Assembly: GCA_965215015.1 (NCBI GenBank)
Contig: OZ244042.1
Location: forward strand, 3,680,001-3,744,000
Direction of reading: 5' to 3'
Length of the DNA: 64,000 bases
Source of the DNA: Candidatus Poribacteria bacterium
Lineage (GTDB): Bacteria > Poribacteria > WGA-4E > PCPOR2b
This document shows positions 20,829 to 30,161 of the stretch, piece by piece. The notes beneath the pieces are model-generated. The model saw only the letters and a list, made by a program, of their open reading frames with translations. It did not search any database and was not told the origin of the DNA. How positions within the stretch are numbered: the first letter of the stretch is position 1; every line of letters begins with the position of its first letter. A program made the translations under genes and the position numbers.

Positions 20829-20922
20829 CTCACTTACCCCCATTTTTTAAAGAGGTGTAATGTTGGTTGTTTTTGCGAGGTATAGATGTGAGGAAGGTTT
20901 GTCAGATATGGTAAAATACCTC
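20829..20922 (+). mobile_element. Solo 94-bp copy of the IS4-like left end
   Basis: Gap-free alignment to 3259-3352. Confidence 0.85.
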
Positions 20923-21012
20923 ACTAATCTCCCGTCTAAATCATAGATGTGGATAACCACGTTGGCATCATTGGCGAGTTCAAACGGAATCCATGTTTCA
21001 GGGTTAAATGGG

Positions 21013-21786
21013 TCAGGATAATTTTGCAGCGTGCTGGTCAGCAGGTGAAAATCCTATGACGGACGGTGCAGGATTTGCCCCATTATACATATACCATGTT
21101 GCATGAAGATCTTCACGATGGTGTTCATCTGTCTGAACACATTCATTCATGGTATACCAATAATAGTCAAGGCAAACACGAAGCCCACCTGGGTTGCATT
21201 CTGGATTATCGACCACATCATTCAACTTAACCCAATGACCAAACTCATGAGTCAAAGTGTCTTGGAGACAATACCCTTCATGCTGAGCTAGGCGTGGAAC
21301 GTCAAACTCAGAATGATTATCATGGTCTTCGTAATAATCAATTCGGATATCGCATTCTTGAATAACGTTCCGATTACTTCTTTTAGTATAAACATCAGCA
21401 TAGGCTATTCTACGACCAGGCCCATCGACATGGGCGAATCCGACGACGTTATGGTTATCGCCTCGGAACCCAGCTTGCAGGTCAGTTGTGCCTACATAAG
21501 TCAGGATAGGGAAACCCGTTTGAGAGCCATCGCATCTAGCATAATTCCACTGCCTAGCTTGCATGTTGGGCATCGGGTATTATCCGAGTTCCAGGTTGGT
21601 TTTCTCCATCTATTCTTCTAGATATATGCCATCTGATGGAATTGACAGCATTAGGCCCTTAGTAGAAGTAGCAAGGTCATGTTCTGGTAACTCACAACCT
21701 TGTGCAGTGTAGCATTGGCCCCAAACGTCAACCGAGACAAATGCTAAAGCTGTTGTGAAGAGGGTTAGCACCAAACGGGTTTTCAT
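21013..21786 (-). pseudogene. Secreted matrixin-like zinc metalloprotease, frameshifted
   Basis: ATG 21786 overlaps the upstream stop (ATGA); signal peptide MKTRLVLTLFTTALAF; two in-frame stops bridged by an open alternative frame; ECDI and THEFGHWVKL.D (HExxH) downstream. Confidence 0.65.
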
Positions 21787-22547
21787 CGCTTATTCTCCTT
21801 CCTGGGTTGTGCATCCTCAAACGCTGCTACAACCTGCTTGATACGGTTGAAAATCGTGGCACTGATACGATTGGCCTCTGGAGTATCAGGTATAATGTTT
21901 CTCTGAATACCAGCCATTATTGCATCTCCAATAATCCTTGTTACTGGGTCAGCAGTGTCAGGAGAGTTACGGGCTACCTCAATAAATCTCACAAACAAGG
22001 GAAGAGGCACACCTAGAAAATGATGCTTTAATCTTTCGTCTATAGCATTGCTATAAAAATAGACAAAATATTCTTCTCTTCTTTCTTCTACCTTCTTCTT
22101 CTTTATAGTCCAGCAATGAACAGGATAAAGCCCATTACGTTGAGGCATCCATTTGGCGATATGTTTATTATATTCCAAGAACAATATCAAAGTCTCACCG
22201 ACCTCCAAGTGAGCATATTGAGCACCCATTGAGCTCCAATGAGCAATCTCCTCACCAGTTTCTGGATCTACGCCTTCACCTCCAGGGATACAGAATATTA
22301 ATGTATCCTCATCAATGTTTGGCTCACCTTCTATGGTCTTTTTAACATCGAATGTGAAGTGAGTAATAAATCCATTTGTTACCTCATTATGAGCATATTG
22401 CTTATTGGTCAGCGTCCCGATGAGAATTATCTCAGTCCGCTTCATGTGTATAGAGAAAGGTTCTCTGGCAATCATTGAACCAATAGCAAACTTCCCACAA
22501 ATCAGTGTGAGCAGTAAGGTTAGCGTTACACAATGTTTGGCGTTCAT
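21783..22547 (-). CDS. Secreted hypothetical protein
   Basis: Signal peptide; IIL.GT.....F.V...I.G....PGG....L.VG...ILFL beta-rich pattern; GGGAGG RBS. Confidence 0.7.
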   Translation of the reverse strand: MNAKHCVTLTLLLTLICGKFAIGSMIAREPFSIHMKRTEIILIGTLTNKQYAHNEVTNGFITHFTFDVKKTIEGEPNIDEDTLIFCIPGGEGVDPETGEEIAHWSSMGAQYAHLEVGETLILFLEYNKHIAKWMPQRNGLYPVHCWTIKKKKVEERREEYFVYFYSNAIDERLKHHFLGVPLPLFVRFIEVARNSPDTADPVTRIIGDAIMAGIQRNIIPDTPEANRISATIFNRIKQVVAAFEDAQPRKENKR

Positions 22548-22791
22548 GGTGAACCTCCCCTGTTAATGAAACTGCATTGTTATTTATGGCAGCCGAGAGA
22601 CTCGACTGCCATATACTTTACCACTTGGAGCTAAGGTTATGCATCTCACTCAGTATGATATCATAAACGCCCCTCCGTGTCGGTCGTCTTTTTTGTTATA
22701 TATTGCACACGCCGAAAAATTGTAGTATACTGGCGTCTAAACGCAAGCATCGCTCGGATTCTTAGGGCATCTCACATAAGGAGAACTGAGT

Positions 22792-22943
22792 ATGACTTTG
22801 AAGATATTTTTGAATATCTGCCTGACCATCAAGCATGTATCGAGTATCTTGAGACGGTGAGATGGGGTGATAATGTGAATTGTCCACATTGCGATAGCAA
22901 TAACGTGGCTCGCAAGGGTGAGCGAGGACAGAGAACACACTAG
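22792..22943 (+). pseudogene. IS1595-family transposase N-terminal zinc-ribbon fragment
   Basis: IFEYLPDHQACIEYLETVRWGDNVNCPHCDS; the ATG after AGGAG is out of frame and the gene is truncated. Confidence 0.75.
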
Positions 22944-22953
22944 CGATCTCATC

Positions 22954-23746
22954 TCGATTCCTCTAATCCTGATTCAGACGATAATGTAGCAGTGAAAGTA
23001 TCTGGATCAAGGGTTCGCCTGGATTGTTGGCTATTGGAGGAATAATTATCCCCTCTCCTCAGGCTCTCATAGATTTCGATTCGATTCCTCTAATCCAGTG
23101 AATCCTTTAATCCTTCAATCCTGATTCAGACGATAATGGAGAAGTAAAAGTATCTGCATGAAGGGTTCGCCTGGATTGTTGGCTATTGGGAGAATAATTA
23201 TCCCCTCTGCCCAGGCTCTCATAGATTTCGATTCGATTCCTCTAATCCAGTGAATCCTTGAATCCTTCAATCCTGATTCAGACAATAATGTAGCAGTGAA
23301 AGTATCTCAAGGATACACCTGGATTGTTGGCTATTGGGAGAATAATTATCCCCTCCCCTCAGTCTCTCATAGATGTCGGTTCGATTCCTCTAATCCAGTA
23401 AATCCTTTAATCCTTCAATCCTGATTCAGACAATAATGTAGCAGTGAAAGTATCTCAAGGGTTCGCCTGGATTGTTGGCTATTGGGAGAATAATTATCCC
23501 CTCCCCTCAGCCTCTCATAGATTTCGATTCGATTCCTCTAATCCTGTGAATCCTTCAATCTTGAAAATCCTGATTCAGACAATATTCAGACAATAATGTA
23601 GCAGTGAAAGTATCTCAAGGATACACCTGGATTGTTGGCTATTGGGAGAATAATTATCCCCTCCCCTCAGTCTCTCATAGATGTCAATTCGATTCCTCTA
23701 ATCCAGTGAATCCTTCAATCCTGAAAATCCTGATTCAGACAATAAT
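22954..23746. repeat. Tandem array, 5 units of about 150 bp
   Basis: gattcagac anchors at 22971, 23123, 23275, 23423, 23572 and 23732; units similar over their whole length. Confidence 0.95.
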
Positions 23747-23767
23747 TACAAAACATGGAGGAAAGCA

Positions 23768-24817
23768 ATGGTAAGAATTGGAATTATCGGCATCGGTTTC
23801 ATGGGAATGATTCACTACTACGGAGCAAAGAAGGTCTCCGGCGGGGAGGTGGTCGCCATCTGTACGCGCGATCAGAAAAAGTTGGGCGGCGATTGGACCG
23901 GCATTCAAGGGAATTTCGGCCCGCGCGGCGGTATCGAAGATCTCTCACACCTCCGGAAGTACAACCAGATTGAGGCACTCCTCGCCGACCCTGAGGTTGA
24001 TCTGGTAAATATCTGCCTCCCAACATTTATGCACAAATCTGTCAGCATTGCTGCGCTCAAAGCGGGAAAGCATGTCCTTGTCGAAAAGCCGATCGAGATC
24101 CGACTTGACGCTGCAAACGAGGTCGTGCAGGTCGGTGTAGAAAGCGGTAAGCATTTCATGGTCGCACATGTACTGCCCTTTTTCGCAGAATTTGCCTACG
24201 CGAAGCGAGTGGTTGAAAGCGGGGAATACGGGAGGCTACTCGGTGGGCATTTCAAGCGGGTAATCTCTCAACCGACATGGACACACGACTTTGCAGATAT
24301 AGAAAAGAGCGGGGGCCCAGGGATTGATCTGCATATCCATGATACACACTTTATCCAGCTGCTCTGCGGCGTCCCCGATGCGGTGTTCTCGCAAGGCAAA
24401 CTCGCCGCCGGTAATTTTGTCGAATATCTTACGACCCAATACATCTACAAGGACAAGGATCTTTCGATCAGCTGCTCATCGGGGGCGGTGTCTCAGCAAG
24501 GGCGGGCATTTTCGCACGGATTCGAGCTTTATCTGGAAAAAGCGACGTTGTTGTATGACTTCGCAACGCTTGATGGCAAACCAGTAACCTCAACCCCGTT
24601 GACGCTGCTGACTGATGATGGGACAGTCCACAAGGTTGATCTAGGTGAGGTCAACCCTATTGATGCTTTTACGGGCGAGATTCAGCACGCCGTTGATGCC
24701 ATCAACAGCGGAGGCGAACCAACCATGCTATCAGGTGTTGGCGCGAGGGATGCACTCCTACTCTGCTATAAAGAAGCGGAGTCGGTTAGGACGGGCGAAA
24801 TCATGCCGATCGCTTGA
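23768..24817 (+). CDS. Gfo/Idh/MocA family oxidoreductase
   Basis: IGIIGIGFMG, AGKHVLVEKP, GG..IDLHIHD. Confidence 0.93.
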   Translation: MVRIGIIGIGFMGMIHYYGAKKVSGGEVVAICTRDQKKLGGDWTGIQGNFGPRGGIEDLSHLRKYNQIEALLADPEVDLVNICLPTFMHKSVSIAALKAGKHVLVEKPIEIRLDAANEVVQVGVESGKHFMVAHVLPFFAEFAYAKRVVESGEYGRLLGGHFKRVISQPTWTHDFADIEKSGGPGIDLHIHDTHFIQLLCGVPDAVFSQGKLAAGNFVEYLTTQYIYKDKDLSISCSSGAVSQQGRAFSHGFELYLEKATLLYDFATLDGKPVTSTPLTLLTDDGTVHKVDLGEVNPIDAFTGEIQHAVDAINSGGEPTMLSGVGARDALLLCYKEAESVRTGEIMPIA

Positions 24818-24824
24818 GACAAGA

Positions 24825-25982
24825 TTAGCAGATCGCTTCACCTGTGTCCCCATCGAATATATGAATCCGCTCAGGCACACAGGTCATCCACAACGTTTGT
24901 CCAATACGAACGTCGAACATCATCCCAACCCTAGATTTTAAGATAATATCGTCACCCACCTCGTCCCTGCCAAGGTTCACATCCACAATCGTTTCCGCGC
25001 CGAGGGGTTCACAGCTATAAACCTTCACAGGGATATTTTCTGGGGTATCTTCTGCCCTGATGAGCAGATCCTCCGGATGCACACCGAGTACCAGATTTCG
25101 ACCTCTCCCGGACGCGATTAAGGTCTGGACGATCTTTTCGTCCGTGACCGGCATCCGATGTCTCTCAATCAAATCTAAATAGACCCTCTCTCCGGAAGTT
25201 GCGAGTTGACAGGGAATCAGGTTCATGCTCGGATTGCCGATGAAACCGGCGACGAACAGATTTGCGGGACAATCGTAAATCTCCGTCGGTGTGCCAACCT
25301 GTTGAACCCGTCCTTCTTCCAGCACAGCAACGCGATCCGCCATCGACATCGCTTCGATCTGGTCATGGGTGACGTATAACGTCGTGGTTTCCAGTTGACG
25401 CTGCCGCCACTTAATCTCTGCCCGCATCTCCGTGCGAAGTTTGGCATCCAGATTGGAGATCGGCTCGTCCATCAGGAAGAGTTGGGGACGCCGCACCATC
25501 GCCCTACCGAGGCCAACCCGTTGCGTTTCGCCCCCGCTGAGCTGATTCGGTCTACGTTGCAGGAGGTGCTCGATGTGCAGCATTGACGCGATTTCCGTGA
25601 CGCGGCTACTAATCTCGTCCTCTGATAAGCCACGCGGATGTAGCGGGAACGCCATATTGTCGTAGACAGTTAGGTGGGGGTATAGGATATGCGCCTGAAA
25701 CACGAAGGCGACATCCCGTTCGGCGGGTGTGAGGTGGTTAATCTGTTGATTATCTAGGTAGATTGCGCCGTTTTCAGGTCGGTCCAACCCGGCGAGACAG
25801 CGCAAGGTGGTCGTTTTGCCTGCTCCAGTCTGACCAAGTAAGACGAAAAACTCTTGATCGTGGATATCAAGGTTGATCCCGTCAAGCGCGACGATGTCAT
25901 CGAAACGCTTGGTGAGATTTTCAAGTTTAACGGTCGGCATAGGTATTGACATACTTTCATACACTAAAGCGAGAGGTTTCAT
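24825..25982 (-). CDS. Carbohydrate ABC transporter ATP-binding protein (MalK-like)
   Basis: GQTGAGKTT, LSGGETQR, LMDEP, VTHDQ, C-terminal TOBE region. Confidence 0.93.
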   Translation of the reverse strand: MKPLALVYESMSIPMPTVKLENLTKRFDDIVALDGINLDIHDQEFFVLLGQTGAGKTTTLRCLAGLDRPENGAIYLDNQQINHLTPAERDVAFVFQAHILYPHLTVYDNMAFPLHPRGLSEDEISSRVTEIASMLHIEHLLQRRPNQLSGGETQRVGLGRAMVRRPQLFLMDEPISNLDAKLRTEMRAEIKWRQRQLETTTLYVTHDQIEAMSMADRVAVLEEGRVQQVGTPTEIYDCPANLFVAGFIGNPSMNLIPCQLATSGERVYLDLIERHRMPVTDEKIVQTLIASGRGRNLVLGVHPEDLLIRAEDTPENIPVKVYSCEPLGAETIVDVNLGRDEVGDDIILKSRVGMMFDVRIGQTLWMTCVPERIHIFDGDTGEAIC

Positions 25983-26126
25983 AGGTCAAACCTCTCGTTC
26001 TAGCATATGAAACTCTTCTATCGATGAAGGCAGCCAAAATACCCAGTTATTGTCTATTGGCTCTTGACTCATTGAGCCGAATATACTGTTAGGCATTAAT
26101 GGCTATTTGGCTTTTCAGGGTCTATA

Positions 26127-26531
26127 CTACTGACCTTCGCCGCCCATATCATTGTCCATGTCGGCATCACCGTCCATGTCCATGTCAGCGTCCGTATCCA
26201 TACCCATATCAGTATCACCGTCCATGTCCATGTCAGCGTCCATATCCATGTCCATGCCCGTGTCACCGTCCATGTCCATGTCGGCGTCCGTATCCATGTC
26301 CATGCCCGTGTCACTGTCCATGTCAGCGTCCATATCCATATCCATGTCAGTATCACCGTCCATGTCCATGTCGGCGTCCATATCCATGCCCGTGTCACTG
26401 TCCATGTCCATGTCACCGTCCATCATGCCACCCATCATATCCTGCATAGCGGAGTCGCTACAGCCCATGACAGCGACACAACCGATTAAGAGGAGGATTA
26501 GCCCCATCTGAAATTTTAACATTGTTAACAC
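26127..26531 (-). CDS. Met/Asp-repeat lipoprotein-like protein
   Basis: AAGGAG RBS; leader ending VMGC shared with 27143-27691; mature part is (M/x-D)n repeats. Confidence 0.75.
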   Translation of the reverse strand: MLTMLKFQMGLILLLIGCVAVMGCSDSAMQDMMGGMMDGDMDMDSDTGMDMDADMDMDGDTDMDMDMDADMDSDTGMDMDTDADMDMDGDTGMDMDMDADMDMDGDTDMGMDTDADMDMDGDADMDNDMGGEGQ

Positions 26532-26737
26532 TCCTTATTTTAAGATACGTTTCGCAGCAAACTTTAGAAACCTGTAAGCTACGTCAAAAGGTAATGAGAA
26601 AGTACTAATCTATTGGCAAATAGCCGCAATGAATTGCGGGACTACTATCAAAAGATAGGCACTCGCCAAATTCGTATTCTACATAACTTCTCTATGAATA
26701 TACCATACTTCATATTAAATTTCAACGATTTTTTAGC
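26461..26737. repeat. About 275-bp duplication (upstream region plus signal peptide); partner at 27621-27897
   Basis: Direct visual alignment from cagcccatgacagc to tttcaacgatttttt(t)agc. Confidence 0.9.
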
Positions 26738-26919
26738 CTGCCGGTTGATATTCGGTGCCTTGGTGCATGAGTTGAGCAAGTTAAAAATCCCAATTTATCG
26801 GGGATGCCCGACCTACGGGAAACGAACCATGCGTTCTAGAGTTCATTAGTACATTTAGGACTGACGCAGGTGAACCCTTTGAGGCCAAAATCAGAAAAGG
26901 GGGGCAATGTTCAGGGGAT

Positions 26920-27140
26920 TGAGCACTGAACATTGCGCTACAGTCATGGTATCCTCGGGGCTTCAGCACCAGTAAACATGCCTCTCAATGCCCGATAAGT
27001 CAGGCAACACCATAACCCCGACCCCGTTGATGTAAATGGTGCGGGCGTTCTAACAGTGACCTACACCGGAGCCAATAGCAGTAGGGTAACACTCAACCCC
27101 GAGGTGTACGCTGCCATCGTGTCCTCCGTCATTGTGCCAT
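26920..27140 (-). pseudogene. Degenerate second cytochrome P460-like domain
   Basis: Fragments YTSGLSVT, ARTIYINGVGVMVL and GYHDC, in different frames, mirror YASWLSVT, ARTIYINDVGAMAL and GCHACH of the adjacent gene. Confidence 0.6.
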
Positions 27141-27142
27141 TG

Positions 27143-27691
27143 TCAGTCACCCATTGAGAATTCAACGAAGACGCTGTCCGTGGGGGCTGCAGCGTGGCAG
27201 GCATGACACCCTTCGGCTGCGTCCGGGAGTCCATCCCCCTTAACCTGCATGTAATCAGCGTTTTCATCAGGGCGAGCATATTTCTTGTAGGTCCACCCGT
27301 TATGGCGCGGATCGTCCGTTTTCACCATTGTTGCGACTTTCTGGATAAACGTGTTCGCGTCGTCCATGATATCCTTGACAATCGTAGTCCCGGCGGGGTA
27401 AGCGGTCATACTTTCATCTTGCAACGCCATAGCCCCAACGTCGTTGATGTAAATAGTCCGGGCACCTTCGCCGTGTGCTCCACCGGTGCCCGTAGGACCG
27501 GGATAGGTAACACTCAACCACGAGGCGTAATCTGGCAGCTCCACCATCATAGGCATCATGCTGTCGTCCTCCTCATCGGCGGTCGGTATCGCCGGTGTTA
27601 ACAGCTCCTGTAGCATGTCGCAGCCCATGACAGCAACACAACCGATTAAAAGGATAATTAGCCCCATCTGAAATTTTAACATTGTTAACAC
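27143..27691 (-). CDS. Cytochrome P460-family c-type heme lipoprotein
   Basis: RTIYIN, YPAGTTIVK, MVK, GW.Y, CHACH heme motif, DSVF; lipobox-like VMGC. Confidence 0.8.
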   Translation of the reverse strand: MLTMLKFQMGLIILLIGCVAVMGCDMLQELLTPAIPTADEEDDSMMPMMVELPDYASWLSVTYPGPTGTGGAHGEGARTIYINDVGAMALQDESMTAYPAGTTIVKDIMDDANTFIQKVATMVKTDDPRHNGWTYKKYARPDENADYMQVKGDGLPDAAEGCHACHAAAPTDSVFVEFSMGD

Positions 27692-28043
27692 TCCTTATTT
27701 TTAAAATACGTTTCGCAGCAAACTTTGGAAACTTGTAAACTACGCCACGGTAATGACAAGATGCTAATCTATTGATGCGTAGGCACAATAAATTGCGTGA
27801 CTACCAGCAAAAGATAGGCACCAATCAGATTCATATTCTACCTAACTTCGTTGATAATGTATCATACTTCGTTTTAACTTTCAACGATTTTTTTAGCGAG
27901 GGCGCATTGACATTTTATTGTCGCGAATTGGAGAAACACTGTAATCATTACCCTATCCGCCAAAGATACTCGAAACATGCGTATCGAAAATCTGCCGCTG
28001 AAGCGCAAAACGTAAATGAACCCGCAGCCCTGTAAACACATTT

Positions 28044-29210
28044 CTACTTTTTCACCGCACCAAATGTGACGCCACGTAGCAAGTGACCCCGCATCAGGAA
28101 GGTAAAAATCGCAACGGGTAAGAGAAAGACAAAGGTCGCAGCCGCAATCTTGCCCCAATCAACCCCGCTAGATCCGATCGCACTCGTGATTGAAGGCGGC
28201 GCGGTCACTGCCCTGCCACCAACTTCCGTCAATACCAGCGCAAAAGCAAACTCGTTCCACGCAGTGATAAGACAGAAAACAGCTGTCGCAGCGATGCCTG
28301 TCACAGATTGGGGAAGAACAACTTTGACGAAAGTTTGGAAGCGAGTATACCCATCAACGAGGGCAGCGTCTTCGTACTCTTTGGGGATTTCGTCAATGAA
28401 ACCTTTCATCAGCCAGACCGCGAAGGAGACGTTGAAGGTAGTATAGAGCAGGATGAGCCCCAAGTAGGTATCGCGTAGGCCGAGCGCGCTGTACATCAAG
28501 TAAATTGGGATGACAACAACGACGGGGGGAAGCATCCTTGTGCTCAGGATGAAGAAGAGCAAATCTTCCTTGCCTGCAACTTTGAAGCGCGAAAACGCAT
28601 AGGCAGATAGTGTCCCAAATCCGACAGCGAGGAGGGTGCTGCCGAACCCAATGATGATGCTATTCAGCAGTTGATGGAAGTATTTTGACCCTCCGTGTGC
28701 GAATAATATGCAGATAGCAACAATTGATAATACACCGGCACCGATGAGCGACAGACGAACTCGTCTTACATCGGTAGCTCTTTGAGGAGAAATGAGCAGG
28801 TAGGCGACGATTGTATAAATTGCCAACATCAGAAAATTGTAGTTGATGGTAGTCACAAACGCGTAAAGACAAATTAAAATCAACAAACAGTTCCACAGAA
28901 GCGCGAAACGACGGGCAAATACCATATCTCGGAAGGGCAAAAAGGAGGCGAACATACCGATCAATGCTTTCACAATGAAGACGTACGTAAGTCCGGGGAC
29001 TTCATCGGGCATCAGTTTCTGATAGTGCTCGAAGGTGACGCGAAACAGGAATTGGGGAACCTGTGCAATAATATCACTCGGCGATTTGAGGGAGGTCACA
29101 ACAATCCAGTAGATTGGAGTGAGGTAGACCAGTACCGCCACCCCAATTACAGCAAGGGCCAAGTAGTGTCCAAGTCTATTTCGCTCTATCTGTGCCATCT
29201 TACGCCTCAC
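28044..29210 (-). CDS. Carbohydrate ABC transporter permease (MalG-like) with extra membrane helices
   Basis: EYEDAALVDG (EAA loop), AWNEF; hydrophobic insert of about 110 aa. Confidence 0.9.
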   Translation of the reverse strand: MRRKMAQIERNRLGHYLALAVIGVAVLVYLTPIYWIVVTSLKSPSDIIAQVPQFLFRVTFEHYQKLMPDEVPGLTYVFIVKALIGMFASFLPFRDMVFARRFALLWNCLLILICLYAFVTTINYNFLMLAIYTIVAYLLISPQRATDVRRVRLSLIGAGVLSIVAICILFAHGGSKYFHQLLNSIIIGFGSTLLAVGFGTLSAYAFSRFKVAGKEDLLFFILSTRMLPPVVVVIPIYLMYSALGLRDTYLGLILLYTTFNVSFAVWLMKGFIDEIPKEYEDAALVDGYTRFQTFVKVVLPQSVTGIAATAVFCLITAWNEFAFALVLTEVGGRAVTAPPSITSAIGSSGVDWGKIAAATFVFLLPVAIFTFLMRGHLLRGVTFGAVKK

Positions 29211-30105
29211 CGCGGACCTTATTTAGATATTTCACGTAAATGTTGCTCAACGCAACAATGATAATTAGGAGTAGGTAAGCCATCGCACACGCCTTGCCGG
29301 TGTTATAATTCCGAAACGCCAGTTTGTACAGGTTCATCGAAACCGTTTCCGTCGCTGTCCCCGGTCCCCCTTCGCGGGTCAGCACGTAAACAATGTCAAA
29401 CATCTTGAAGGCATCCATCGTGCGGAACAGGAGGGCAATCAGTAGTAGGGGAGAAACCAACGGCAGGGTAATCCAACGGAACTTGAACCACCGGGAGGCG
29501 CGGTCCACATCTGCAGCTTCGTAGAGATACTTCGGGATAGCCGACAAGCCAGCCAAAGAAATCAGCATCATGAATGGCGACCACATCCATGTATCGACAA
29601 TCACGACAGCGAGCATGGCAATCTTTGGATCCGTCGTCCAGCCAATCGGTGCTCCGAGCAGCGGACTCAGGAAGTAGTTGACCAGCCCCGAAGCGTCGGA
29701 CGCAAAAATGAATCGCCAGAAGAGACCAACGACAACCGGCGAGAGCATCATCGGTAACAGGATTAGCGTTGTCACGAATCCCTTATATCGAAATTCACGA
29801 TTGAGAAGCAACGCCAATCCGAAACCGATGATGAATTGAGTGAGGACAGCGAGGACGACAAAGTAAGCGGTGGTTTGAAAATAGCCCCAGATTTCCGGAT
29901 CTGTCAGGAGCCGTGCGTAGTTCTGGACACCGATAAACTTTGCCGGACGGTTCGGCATGGAAGCCTTATAACGATGAAAACTCAAGTACAATGACCATAG
30001 CAACGGGAAAATATTCATCAAGATGAGCAAAATCATGGTCGGCATGATAAATGCCATCTTAATCTGGTAGTCACTGAACCCGCGAGCAAAACGTGCGGAG
30101 CGCAT
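29200..30105 (-). CDS. Carbohydrate ABC transporter permease (MalF-like)
   Basis: FIGVQNY, LYEAADVD.A (EAA loop), FD.VY.LT..GGPG. Confidence 0.93.
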   Translation of the reverse strand: MRSARFARGFSDYQIKMAFIMPTMILLILMNIFPLLWSLYLSFHRYKASMPNRPAKFIGVQNYARLLTDPEIWGYFQTTAYFVVLAVLTQFIIGFGLALLLNREFRYKGFVTTLILLPMMLSPVVVGLFWRFIFASDASGLVNYFLSPLLGAPIGWTTDPKIAMLAVVIVDTWMWSPFMMLISLAGLSAIPKYLYEAADVDRASRWFKFRWITLPLVSPLLLIALLFRTMDAFKMFDIVYVLTREGGPGTATETVSMNLYKLAFRNYNTGKACAMAYLLLIIIVALSNIYVKYLNKVRGEA

Positions 30106-30161
30106 TGCCTCCTCTGTGCAAATAATCTGTGAACGGTAAATCTAATTTCCCAGCGGTGCTA

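Noticed and set aside
22954-23746. Possible CRISPR array (also considered for 32637-33355)
   Set aside because: The sequence between anchors is repeated rather than unique, the periods (100-160 bp) are too long, and no cas genes are present.
26096-26511. Cys/Pro/His-rich, Thr/Trp-rich and Met/Ser-rich ORFs
   Set aside because: These are shadow frames of the 6-bp repeat; only the MD frame has an RBS and the duplicated signal peptide.
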